From Mytilus californianus (taxonomy: Eukaryota): a DNA stretch of 64,000 bases. This document shows, one piece after another, positions 13,012 to 24,700 of the stretch. Under the pieces are notes generated by a model. The model saw only the letters and a program-made list of their open reading frames with translations. It did no database searches and had not been told where the DNA came from. Every line of letters begins with the position of its first letter. Position 1 is the first letter of the stretch. Location of the stretch: contig NW_026262734.1 of the NCBI RefSeq assembly GCF_021869535.1, forward strand, positions 21,762,001-21,826,000. Direction: 5' to 3'. The translations under genes and the position numbers were made by a program.

Positions 13012-13141
13012 AACGTCGTTATGAACGTCGTTATGAACGTCGTTATGAACGTCGTTATGGGGAACACATTAGTATTATGACGTAACGTCATTGTTCGTAA
13101 CATATAAGTAGTATGACGCAACGTTATTGTTCATTTAACTA

Positions 13142-13469
13142 CTAAGCATTAAGCATGGCGTCAAACACTTTTATGAATTTTCTTTCTAGTTCTTTATGGT
13201 ATTCTTCTGTTGGTTCCGTACATTTGAAGAACGGGAAAAATTTGAATTTTCCTCCCGCACAAATGTCTAAATGTTCGCTCAACGGAATTTGTCTGTACTT
13301 GGGTTGCCGTATTTGCTGTTTATGGATCCTGACCCGTTCACACACACACTATTTCCTGTTTGACCTATGTAGTTTTCTTTACAGTTGACACATGTTATAC
13401 AATAGAGTAAATTTTCTGATTTGCAAGTCATATTTGCGTTTACTGTAAATTTCTTACCGTTTTTGAAAT
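13142..13469 (-). pseudogene. C-terminal GIY-YIG endonuclease of a 5'-truncated Penelope-like element
   Basis: FKNGKKFTVNANMTCKSENLLYCITCVNCKENYIGQTGNSVC / ERVRIHKQQIRQPKYRQIPLSEHLDIC...ELERKFIKVFDAMLNA*; one 2-nt (GT) slip frameshift near 13340-13349. Confidence 0.88.
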
Positions 13470-13471
13470 AT

Positions 13472-13597
13472 TACTAATGTGTTCCCCATAACGACGTTCA
13501 TAACGACGTTCATAGTCTTGAAAAGTCCCAAGATGGATGAAAGCGCTAGACAATGCTGCTTTTAAAACTCTTTTTGTGTATTTAATTTTTAATATAT
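13472..13597 (+). mobile_element. Inverted pseudo-LTR at the 5' junction of the PLE
   Basis: Reverse complement of 12311-13074 once the MITE is removed; the 12-bp repeat has 2 copies here versus 4 in the left arm. Confidence 0.85.
13511..13555 (+). ncRNA. Variant (U3-A8) minimal type I hammerhead in the PLE pseudo-LTR, right arm
   Basis: cauaguc-UUGAAAA-gucc(caagau)ggau-GAAA-gcgc-UA|gacaaug; helix I 6/7 paired, helix III palindrome AGCGCU, predicted cut after 13548. Confidence 0.75.
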
Positions 13598-13631
13598 AAT
13601 TCTGTACACCGCTTGAAAAGAAACTTTTTTT

Positions 13632-13664
<33 letters not shown>

Positions 13665-13667
<3 letters not shown>

Positions 13668-14378
13668 ATTCATTTTGTCATATCTGGTGATCCGTTTATT
13701 TGGCAATCGCCAATGGCAGTCAGCAGGGTTTAAGAACATCCGTTGTTTGACCTGCTAGTCAAATGCGTTTTGTTAAGATATACTTTTTCACTTTTTTGGT
13801 CTTTTGGAAAATGTTGTTTGTGCTGTATTTAGACCCCTCTACCAAGAAATTTGTTTTGCATGCACACGTATAAAAATTGCGGTGCTTATCCAACGAAATC
13901 ATAGGTTTGAACGTTGTTTTCAATTCAGACTTGTTTATATTTTTTCGTTTGGGCTTGTATTATATTTGCCTTCGGGTTTATATGATCAGGTTCACCCTAT
14001 TTCCACTCTTTCAAAATTCAAGAGTCTATCCTTAATTGAGGTAAATTATATGGCCTTCCAAATACCGTTTCGGTTCCTTACATCACTGAAGAGACATTAA
14101 ATGTCGAAATCCGGATATGGTGTAAAAAATTTTGCACCTCATGTTTGCGATATACCATCTTTTCCGCAAGTTTATTGTTTTCTGTTTGGTAATAAATTAT
14201 TATAAGATCCATTTTGTCACATCTGGTGATCCGTTTATTTGGCAATCGCCAATGGCAGTCAGCAGGGTTTAAGAACATCCGTTGTTCGACCTGCTAGTCA
14301 AATGCGTTTTGTTAAAATACACTTTTTCACTTTTTTGGTCTTTTGGAAAATGTTGTTTGTGCTGTATTTAGACCCCTC
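13665..14378 (+). repeat. About 1.3 units of a 539-bp variant of the retrozyme repeat, inverted relative to 9941-12300
   Basis: gatccgtttatttggc recurs at 13689 and 14228; starts immediately after (TA)n at 13634-13664. Confidence 0.88.
14079..14124 (+). ncRNA. Minimal type I hammerhead ribozyme, 539-bp variant
   Basis: uacauca-CUGAAGA-gaca(uuaaa)uguc-GAAA-uccgga-UA|uggugua; helix I 7 bp. Confidence 0.9.
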
Positions 14379-15087
14379 TTTATCCTTCTTATTCACTATT
14401 TTGAAAAAATATATAAAAAAATCAGTTTTCAGCATGTTTAAAAATGTATTATTTAGCTACTTTTTAAATAGATACGCCGTAATTATATCGCAAATTCAAA
14501 TGTACAAAAGATGTTTATCACCGAAAGCGTGACACTGTCTTATTTAACAATGTTTTGCCACATTTCAGAAAAATAGTCTATGTACGATAACAGAAATTGC
14601 AATTAACAGATTTTTTTTATCACTTTCTCAATGATAAGATGTTGGGAATTAGTTGTGTTATTCTTTTTGTTTTTTGTTTTAGTTTCTATACATGTTTTTG
14701 AGGACCAGAGTAAAATGATGTCAACAGAACATCTGAAATTCGGGAAAGAGAGGATACTTATTCCAGAAGAATTTTCGCACAAAGCAATTTCAGAAATAAA
14801 ACTGCTTATTAAATTTGTACACAGTCTGATCTGTTTTACGAGTGTTTTTACTATGAAAGTAAAATTGAGTAGGGCATTTAAAAGGAACATATCAGAATAC
14901 ACGGCAAAAATTCATATTTCATTTGAAGAATTTTCTCTTTTCCTGTAAAATAATAAATTCTACGGTGCATAAAAATTGGTTTCTTGATTTACCACAGATT
15001 GATTTTGAATATTTATGCAATGCGTACGAAAGTATTATTGAGGTCTTTCCTTTCACTATAAGGAAAGACCTTACTGTATTTCTTCTG

Positions 15088-15124
<37 letters not shown>

Positions 15125-16090
15125 TTTCCGCCAAACTTTAACGACATTTGGGAAAACGCGACATGTTAAAATGATATTAGGTATCTAGTATCGGTTGACC
15201 AAAAGCTATCTTGTGGTGAGGGCACGACCGCGTAACATTTCCTTTATAGCGGTTATCTCCCCTAACACCGAAAACCTTGTTATCATTCTGACTCCATAAC
15301 CATAATAGGTAGAAATAAAACAAAGGGTGGAATTTGTCCAGGAGCAGACCCTGGTTCTTCGTAACATTGGAAGGTTTATGCCCCTTTGAAAATTGACTAA
15401 CGTCGGTTGGCCACTTAAACTCAGAAACCGTAAGTTGTAGCCACCTAGAATCTTCACCAATGATCACCAATTCACGTGACCATGAAAATTGACCTAAGGT
15501 CAAAGGTCAAGGTCATGACCTAGATTTTGACCTTAGCTTGTTATCGGATTTACTCAATAACCGTAAAAGATGGCTGATAAAATGTATGTCTTGGCGAGAT
15601 CTACATTTGTTATGTTGGGTTCAAAATTTTTGGACCAACTATTTTGGACCTAGGGCATCAAAACTATTTTTCGGGTCCGAAATGATGATTTTTTGCTTAT
15701 AACACAAAAGAGGTTAGAGATAGAAAGAAACTTTGAATGCAAAAATGTTCAGCATAATAAGATCTATAAAATTAGGTCAATATCAGAGGTCGGTCAAGGT
15801 CCCTAGCAACGACATAAAACACCTTAGCAACCATATATTTTTGAACATAGAAGGCTATGAATAATATAAACATGAAATTTTTAATACTGGAAATGACATT
15901 TTTGTCCCTAGCAACGACATATAAGTCCTAAGCAATCCCTTATTTTTTTTAAACTTGAAAGACTATGAATAGTATATGACATTTTTAATACTGGAAGTAA
16001 TATTTTTATCCTTAGGAATGATTTTTGTCCTTAACAACTACTTGTTATGAACATAAACGTCCTTAGCAACCATATATTTTTGAACTAAGA
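15088..16090. mobile_element. Helentron/DINE-like non-autonomous element with (ATT)n and internal cctagcaac minisatellite
   Basis: (ATT)n at 15088-15123, ggtcaaaggtcaaggtca motifs, repeated c(c/t)tagcaac blocks at 15800-16070. Confidence 0.55.
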
Positions 16091-16281
16091 AGGCTATTAA
16101 TAAAAGAAAAAAAGAAAGACCTTTCAATTGTTCATGAATAGTTGACTTTTTAATTCATACTGTTTTTCGTCTGTTCATCCATTCTTTCATAAGTCATGTC
16201 CAACCGCTCGTGTTTCCTTCAGGTGAAATTATAAGTTTATCTTATCAATCTTAAAGTCGTGGTCACATTAACCATACATAA

Positions 16282-17025
16282 TATATATCACAACTCGTTC
16301 GCTCTGTCCGTGTCTGTATTGACGTTTTGGATTTCAATGAGAGTAATCTATGTATTACTGGTAAATTATTAAGTCAGGGATTTCGTTACCACAAATTACT
16401 TAAAACCTTTACGAAATTCTTCCATAGATACAAAGATTTGGTTTGCAAGTTTGACTGTACCTGTAATAAACTTATTTCAGACGGAATAGCACATCCTCAA
16501 TTTTAAGGTGATGTTGTTTACCGAGCCTGGACATTTATATACGATCTAGGTAAACTTATCAATCCTTTAAATAAACTTATTCTAAAAGGTTACCAATTCA
16601 ACACTGAATTTGATGAGTTAAACCGTTTTCAACTGATTTTAATACTTTGTTCCTATGTTATGCTGTAACACCACTGTCCCAGGTTAGGGGGAGGGTTGAG
16701 CACTCACAAACATGTTTAAACCCGCCGCATTCTTTATGTGCTGTCCCAAATCAGGAGCAGGTAGTTCAGTGGTTGTCGTTGGTTCATGTCTGTCATACTT
16801 ATTTTTCGTAAATTGTTTTGTTATAAATTAGGACACTAGTCTTCTCAATTGGATTGTTTCATATCTTTCATTGCGGGGCTTTTTATAGCCGACTATATGG
16901 TATGAGTTTTTTTTTTGTTGCATTGTTGAAGATCAAACGGTTGCTATAATTGCTTACATCCAGTTCATGTGAACTTGGGTGGATAGTTGTCTCGTTGGCA
17001 ATCATACCACATCTCCTTTTTTTTT
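16282..17025 (+). mobile_element. 5'-truncated Naiad-type PLE: RT thumb/C-terminus (16282-16605) plus 3' UTR
   Basis: YISQLVRSVRVCIDVLDFNESNLCITGKLLSQGFRYHKLLKTFTKFFHRY...GIAHPQF*GDVVYRA...KLILKGY, then the ...gttgtctcgttggcaatcataccacatctcc(T)n terminus. Confidence 0.75.
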
Positions 17026-17940
17026 TTATATATGTCAAATTAGGGTTTTTGTGGTTCACCGAACACTGAAACGCTATATTGCGAGTAGTGTTGAGAGCAT
17101 TAAGTGTAACCCAGGTCTGCAAGTCTGATTTTTTGTTTATTGTCATAACATAGTTTTAAAACACGTCAACAGATTCGATTGAAATTTTCAAATGTTTGAA
17201 AGATCAAGATGAAATATGTTGTATGTAGCTTTTCTGAATTAAGAATTGAATGCTTCTTTTTGTAATTCAATGGGGTACAAAAGCGTTGACCGAGGCACAT
17301 TTTGTATGAAGCGCATATATAAACATCCCGAATATGAACTTGAACACACTAATCCAAAGCCAGTGATCTTTGTATAATAGTGCTGAATATATTTAAATTC
17401 CCTTTTTCTAATGAACGTAGTTCACCCTGACCCTCCTTTGTGTAAAAATGCAGAACACAACAAACAGAAATCCTTTTCTTTGTTTAACATATACACGACT
17501 AGTATAACAAAATGTTTTGTAGTCTTTTCCATTTATTGACATCACTTTGCGTCCGTCGTCGTCGTCGTAATTTTTACAAACATCTCTAATTCCGCTTGAC
17601 CATGCAATGACAACCAAGCTTAAACTGAAAGATCCTTTATTTCTAATATGAAATGTGTATGTGTTTTGTGTTCTAAAAATAGAACATAAGGGTAAACTAT
17701 ATGTTTAGTCTTATATCTTGTAAAACATATTAGATCGCAGAAAAGTATGAAGAGGAAGAAATGTTCATAATGTTAAGAATTACCTCCTTCCTATTTCCAC
17801 CATAATTATCAGACGATTCCTAACAGCAGTAATTGCCATTAAATGACGGTTTTTGACCGATTTTCGATTTTTTTCCTTTTATCTTGAAAACAGTGATTTC
17901 TAAGTAGAAACTGTAAACAACAAAAATGATAATCCATACA

Positions 17941-18333
17941 AGTTGATATTTTATAGTGTGTCTTTCTATGTTGTGATGTTACACTATTGTTTCAGAAAAA
18001 GGGTGAAGGTTTGGTACCATTAAAACGTTTAAACCCGCTGCATTTGTTTGCACCTGTCCTAAGTCAGGAATCTGATGTTCAGCAGTTGTCGTTTGTTGAT
18101 GTGGTTCATAAGTGTTTCTCGTTTCTCGTTTTTTATATAGATTAGACCGTTGGTTTTTCCCGTTTGAATGGTTTTACACTAGTAATTTTTGGAGCCCTTT
18201 ATAGCTAACTGTTCGGTGTGAGCCAAGGCTCCGTGTTGAAGACCGTACTGTGACCTATAATGGTTTACTGTTATAAATTTTGACTTGGATGGAGAGTTGT
18301 CTCATTGGCACTCATACCACATCTTCTTATATC
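17941..18333 (+). repeat. Dispersed repeat family A copy
   Basis: Near-identical to 34580-34980; ends in gagttgtctcattggcactcataccacatcttcttat. Confidence 0.85.
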
Positions 18334-18404
18334 TAAGATCTACAAATGCTGTTAGGCCGAAACAATTATATGACTTCTCGTAGACGCTATTGTCTTTTAA
18401 TAAA

Positions 18405-18710
18405 ACTGAGGGGACAGTGAAACTCATAGATCGAAAACAAACTGACAACGCCATGGCCAAAAATAAAAAGACAAACAGACAAATAATAGTACAGATGACA
18501 CAACATAGAAAACTAAAGACTTAGCAACACGAACCCCACCAAAAACTGGGGGTGATCTCAGGTGCTCCGGAAGGGTAAGCAGATTCTGCTCCACATGTGG
18601 CACCCGTCGTGTTGCTTATGTTATTTCAAAACCGGTAAATAGTCTAATTCGGTAGGTAACATTCGTGAAAAGGGAAGGGTATTGTTGTTACGACATATAA
18701 CAGTTTTGAC
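18405..18710 (-). repeat. Dispersed repeat family B (3' UTR of the 54-kb Naiad); further copies at about 23270-23520 and 49230-49440
   Basis: Matches 53845-54140 (gggacagt.aaactcatagatcg...gatctcaggtgctccggaagggtaagcag). Confidence 0.85.
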
Positions 18711-21486
18711 TGGGATCGAGTTTTTGCCTATTATGCGGAAAATTGTAAGAGATAGAAAGTGAAAACAACAAAATAATTATCAACAGTACAAGATCAATAA
18801 ACATGCCAAATGACCGAAACCATCGGATAACTCCGTATATCTGTTATTGCCAATAAGATTTTTTTTTACCAATTTTCTATAGATTTTGCCATTTATGTTG
18901 AAAAAGATAAAAGATAGGCAGAATCTGCAGAAACAGCAAAAAATATAAACAATGCAGGATCTACAGGTATGCCAATTGACCGAAATCATTGGATGACTCC
19001 TCATAGTAGGTATTGTGATTTAATAACAATTTGAATAATTGTATATCTAGAAAACTCTATAAGGTAAGTAGATAATGAGCAAAAAGGTTAATCAATACAA
19101 GATCTACAAAAAAGTCAATATGACTGAAACAATCGGCTGTCTCCCTACGCGAGTTATTTTTGCCTATTATTTCAATTTTTGACAGATGAGTGATTCAGTC
19201 TCTTAGTTTCATAGTAACGTTCTCAAAACGTCCCACAAGAATCGACCTAAGTTCATACATGAACATAGGTCATTATCACTAAAAATTCTCCGTCATAGGT
19301 TTACGTTCTACATACAAAATGCGCATGGCAACTCTACTTTGGCTTCATAACAACCACAATTGAATGGATCGTCAGCCATTGAATGGTATGAACTCTTTGG
19401 GAAGAAAATGATTAAATATACTGTTTCGAATCAGAAAATTAAATATAAGTATAACATGAACATTACCATTTGAATCGTGGTCAGTGGAAGGAATTGAATC
19501 TGAATACGCATGCGGTTGATGTATGCATAGCGAGAGACGCTTGCCCTGTAAACTATAGGTTCGCTTCGTTTGGAGTTCATGCGAATACCTCAATTTGTGT
19601 TTGCTACCTCGAGTTTTCTTATTAATCAATTTATGAGATTTGAACATTTGTAAACTACTGTCTTCATTTACATAAATTTACAAAGGGGAGACGACATTAG
19701 GTCATGGTGTTGTAACCATCCTGTACAACCTTGAAAATGATCTAAAGTCATTTTGTAAAATTTGTCCTTTACATGGCAAACATTATCTTTGTTTGACATC
19801 GGTCATATTGGTATTTCGTCGATCTTGCATTGTTGATCCTTTTTGCTAATTTCAATTTCTATCTGTACACCACAGTTTCCCAATAATGAAAAAAAAATCA
19901 GTCAAAAAAAGGCAATTACTACTCTAAGGGGTCATATGGAAGTTTTGGTTATTTTCGAATACTTGTAGATCTTGAATTGTGATATGTTTTACTTTTTCCA
20001 ATTTCTACTTGTTTTGAAGATAAAAGACAAAAACTCGACAATTAGTTTGTTAATTATAATATTTCATATTTATTTATTAAAAACTTCATTTATCTGACAA
20101 CTGCTTTACGATTTAATCCGATGGTGCCGGTCATATTGGCATTACTTGATCTTGTATCTTTTCAAAATCTAACGTTCTATTACAGTTTTCAAGATAAAGG
20201 GCAAAAGCTAGAAATCGATTAAAAATCACGATTTTTAGACAATGACACCTGATAATTTTGGTGGAAAAATGAATGAGGTAGATCTTGACTTTATGACCAC
20301 TTCTACCTTATTATGGTTTTAAAGATAAAAGACAGTAAATTTATTTTACCCTTAAGTTCATTTTTAACCACAGCTGCCATGTTGGTGGATTTGCAAGAAA
20401 AAACAATCGCACCACATCTCCTTATTTTATATTTAATAATAAACAGTTCTTTGCATGATGCATGCAACGAAGTAAAACATACATAAACGATATAAAAAGT
20501 AAGACAATAACTAGACAAACAACCTGTAAAATGTTTCTCGACAAATTGTGTCTTAAATGTTCAACTATTCAAATGTATTAGGCCACAACCGCAAAACTTG
20601 ATTTTTTTTTACAAATATGGAAAGATTGCAAAAAATTACTTAAAACCTACCAATTTCGTGTGTATAAAATTAGGCTAACTGGACCCTGTGTTGTTCGAGT
20701 TGTTTGTCTTTGTTTGTACGTCTGGTTTTTTTCCGGAGGAGTCGGATGTTTGTGATTGATGTACTGTCCAATATTTTTGTTGATTCCTTTTTATGTATTA
20801 TTTACACATATTTTGATATCAGATGAAGACATGGTTTATACAATTGCAGTGGTAGAAAAGGGCATACAAAATATGGTATTGCAAAAAACGAATCCATCAA
20901 ATTCTTAAAACATTCACTGCAAGAAATTTTTCAAGAAAATGTAAAAGAATATAAAAACAGATATCAATGAAAACAAAGTTAATATACATATATATATATA
21001 TATATAATTGCCATTAAATATAACACACGATAATATGATTGTTCTTTAAAATTAGATTTACGGGTAGTAAAGTACAAATCAAATCTCCTACTGGCTGAAA
21101 AGATGATGTGAACACACATTAGTAATGTTCAAAAGTAGACCGGATAAGTACGTGTAAAATATAAACAAAATAATATACACTGGTAAGATTAAGACTTTTG
21201 AATTTTGTTCATTAGACAAATTTAATCAGGGGGGAACTTATATTGACTTAGATATTTAGTGGAAGATGGAAAACACCACACATGTATGTGCAATACTCGA
21301 GACTATCTTAATAACTATTATTTTATTTATTATTTGAAAACTATGCAAGATAAATATAATTTATGCAAACATGTCATATTTGTTATTTATTTAAATATAA
21401 GTGATGTTCAAAATCTGAAAAGCTAGCCTCCTAGAATAACGTAGTGAAAATTAAAAGAAACCAAATAGAATATTGCATATTTGTTT

Positions 21487-21785
21487 TTATCCAGTGTTAA
21501 ATTCTGATTTATCACTGTGTGCTGTCCTTACAATTTCTGCCTCAGCAGTTCTACCAATCTTTTCTAATGCGTCTTCAAGTACTTCTACCAAAGATGCATT
21601 TGGAAGGCTGTGCTTAATTCGCCATTCTTCGAAAACCTTGTGCTGAATTTTTCCTTTTCCTTTTTTGAGCTGATCAAGAGTTTGCTTTTCTAAACGCAAC
21701 AATTTACCAAGTTCATAACATTCTTCATCCGTCAAAAGTTCTCCAATTCTCCTCAAAGACCTTTTTCGGAGTACATATATAGTAC
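21487..21785 (-). CDS. Terminal exon, Death domain
   Basis: tttag|gt acceptor; SLRRIGELLTDEECYELGKLLRLEKQTLDQL...FEEWR...LEDALEKIGRTAEAEIV, a DD helix pattern. Confidence 0.88.
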
Positions 21786-24700
21786 CTAAAGTATTGAAAC
21801 ATGCTTTTTATGGTTAATATTTCATTTACCATCATGACATTTACCGGCAGTTTCAATTTGTTGAAAAGCCGATGTTAATGTATATGATAGTATATAATTA
21901 AATCATGTATTGGTAAAATGTACTCAGTCTGGTATTCCTCCGAAATTTTAACAACAAGAGGAAGATATTTTATAAAGGTGCAAAAACAATGGGGCTCGTG
22001 CGAAATAGCAAAAGTATGAAAAAAATAAAAACACAATAAGGCAAGAATAGAACAGCCCGTACTGCAATCTGTAATTGATTACATTTTTATAGTTTGCTCT
22101 CATTGTCAATTATACAACATTACTCAATCATATATCTACAGGTTGACATACTGTTCTCAATAATAGACATTTTTTGTACAGTGTTCAGCTCTAGACGAAT
22201 TAACAAGTAAAACTACGAATTGTAATGATGCCATAAACGTGTTAAGGGTAGTTAAAAAAAACACACGTAATTAATAGGGGCAGGCTTATTAAAGGGTCTC
22301 ATTTTGCAAAAAAATCGTGATGAAAATCAAATTCATTACCGTAAATGGTTTGCCTTATATGAAAAAAGATTTATCATTAAAGCTTTTAAAATTGTAAATG
22401 TATTGCTGATGTTTTGAGTGCCATTGTCGTTGTGGATTACGCAATGTTGTCAAATTTTGATAGAAAATATTGATGATTGGTCGTTGCGCAGTATGTTTAA
22501 ATTAAAACAGTACGATGTTCTTTGCAAATAAAAATTTCTATATTTTTCATTATTTTTGTCGAATTGACAAGTTACGATTATAGTAATAACCTTCATCTAT
22601 ACTCTATTCATTTAGAGAACATATTGCACATTTAGTACCTTTTATAATGTTAATATTGCTTATATGAACTTTTTATTTTTATTTTACGACTTTGAAATTT
22701 TCCGAAGCTCTTTTGTTTTGTATCGCAGTTGTACAAGTACACGAGATATCACAAAAAGAACATCATGCGTAGCCAACAAAAAACGTCAACTTTCGGCCCT
22801 TCTTGAAAATCTTATTTAATCTGTCTGTATAATTTAGAAAAAGAGAAAAAAAACAATAAATGGCATGCATATTAAATTGAATTATACGTGGTCATGGTAT
22901 AAATGTATGTATGAACTGCAAGTTAAAGCATATTTGTAATTAACCTCGTCTGGTAAAGTATAATATAACATAAATTAATGTACCCGATTCAGAAAATGAC
23001 AGTCGTTAGCTTTTTATTTTGTTTGACGTGCAGGAAATACCAAATGTTATGTTTAATGATTTTGTGTGGTATTTGGTGCTAAATCAATTATGTTAGTACA
23101 CTTCTTATTACAGTTTCCTTGCTTACTTTTTCGATAATACTGTCAACCTTCTTTTACTAATGATTTCTTACAAACACGTGGCTATTTGTGTACCTTGCGA
23201 TAAGCGTTCACAATTGTTGCTGTAATTTCATCTCAGTGATGAGTTATTTCTCACTATTGAAAGAGGATATCCTTATTCTCACTGAGTACCTGAGCTCACC
23301 ATCTGTCAGTGATGCCAGGTCTTAAAGTGCAAGAAAAAACATTTTGCAGACTGGTTATTTCCGTCAATTAACACTTTATCGTGATTGCTCAGTCTTAAGG
23401 TTTCTATGTTGTGTTTTGTGTACTGTTATTTTTCTGTTTTTCTGATGGTCTTTTTTTCTTTTTTAGCCATGGCGTTGTCAGCTAATTATGGACTTATGAG
23501 TTTGAATGTCACTTTGCTTCTCTTTTATGGATTAAAAAAAATGGTCAGTCCAATATATAGTCAGAATAATATGCTTCAACTTCAGATATTTTTGTTCTCT
23601 AAGATTTGTCATTTTAACAGATTTTGTTTGATAATTATGTAATGTTTTGAAAAAACAAAAACAAAAATTCAGAAGGTACAACGAGCTGAAATTTTCATTA
23701 GTAAACTGCATTATATAAAATTACTCAAATAAGAAAAACGAGTGACATGTAAGGTGTCAAATCTTACTGATGGAAAATGTTGAATATCGCATAGATGTTT
23801 ATATGATAGTAATGTCATTCAGTGACTGGATATTCTTTTGTTTGTTGATCTTTTCAAATTATTAAGTTTGTCATTAGCCATGTTAACTGACCATATATTC
23901 ATTGAATCCGCATATGGTTTTTGAAAACAAATTATTAGACTTTTTTTTTTTAATTTGGAAACACACTTTATTCCTAATCTATGAAAAATGTCTTCTTAAA
24001 AAAATTCGAAAAATAATAACAATTGTGTTAAACATTATTGATGTGATTGAAGTGTGTTAGCCTTGCTTGAGTAACAGATGGTATGATTCAAATAACATTT
24101 GCTTTCATACCCCGACGACCAAGTTTTCAAAGCACAAAAGTAAGTTTAAAAAAGCGGCTTTATGTGCTTCATTTTAAGAGTACATCTTCCGTTGGAAATT
24201 ATAATGCAATCGCGACAGAAAATAGAAAGTAATATTTCTTAACTTTTTTTGGTTCAGTATGAATAACTTTTAAATGTTTAACTCACACTGCGGGTCTTCC
24301 GGGTCAACTTTCACTTTATATTTTTTATCTGAAACAGAAATTACAATATTCACGATTACAGCGTCTGACACTGGATTACACGGACAGTTTGATAGTTGAA
24401 CATTATTGTACAATTGTCTTATGGGTGCATGGTTAAAATAAGGCTAATCGATATCGTCTTTATTATTCTAAAATCTATAGTCTATATTACATGTAGACAT
24501 ACATATTCATTTAGATTTGTAGGGTTGTATATTAGTTCTCCTGCACATGTCCTCGAAAATTTGTCCGGTGACTCGTTTTTAACATATGATGTACATATTT
24601 TAAGATTCCTTAGGTTTAATTTTGCAAACAAGATCCGGAGATATCATGATGATGGTAAAAAGATCGCAATTATTGAAATCATTCATTTGTGCTATAGAAC

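Noticed and set aside
12852-13085. ORF with YERR repeats (also 13440-13739)
   Set aside because: Translation of the 12-bp repeat on the non-coding side of the pseudo-LTR; the frame crosses a MITE junction.
16504-16506. In-frame stop in the Naiad RT as possible selenocysteine recoding
   Set aside because: The codon is TAA, not TGA, at a position expected to be Tyr (FYGD); simple decay.
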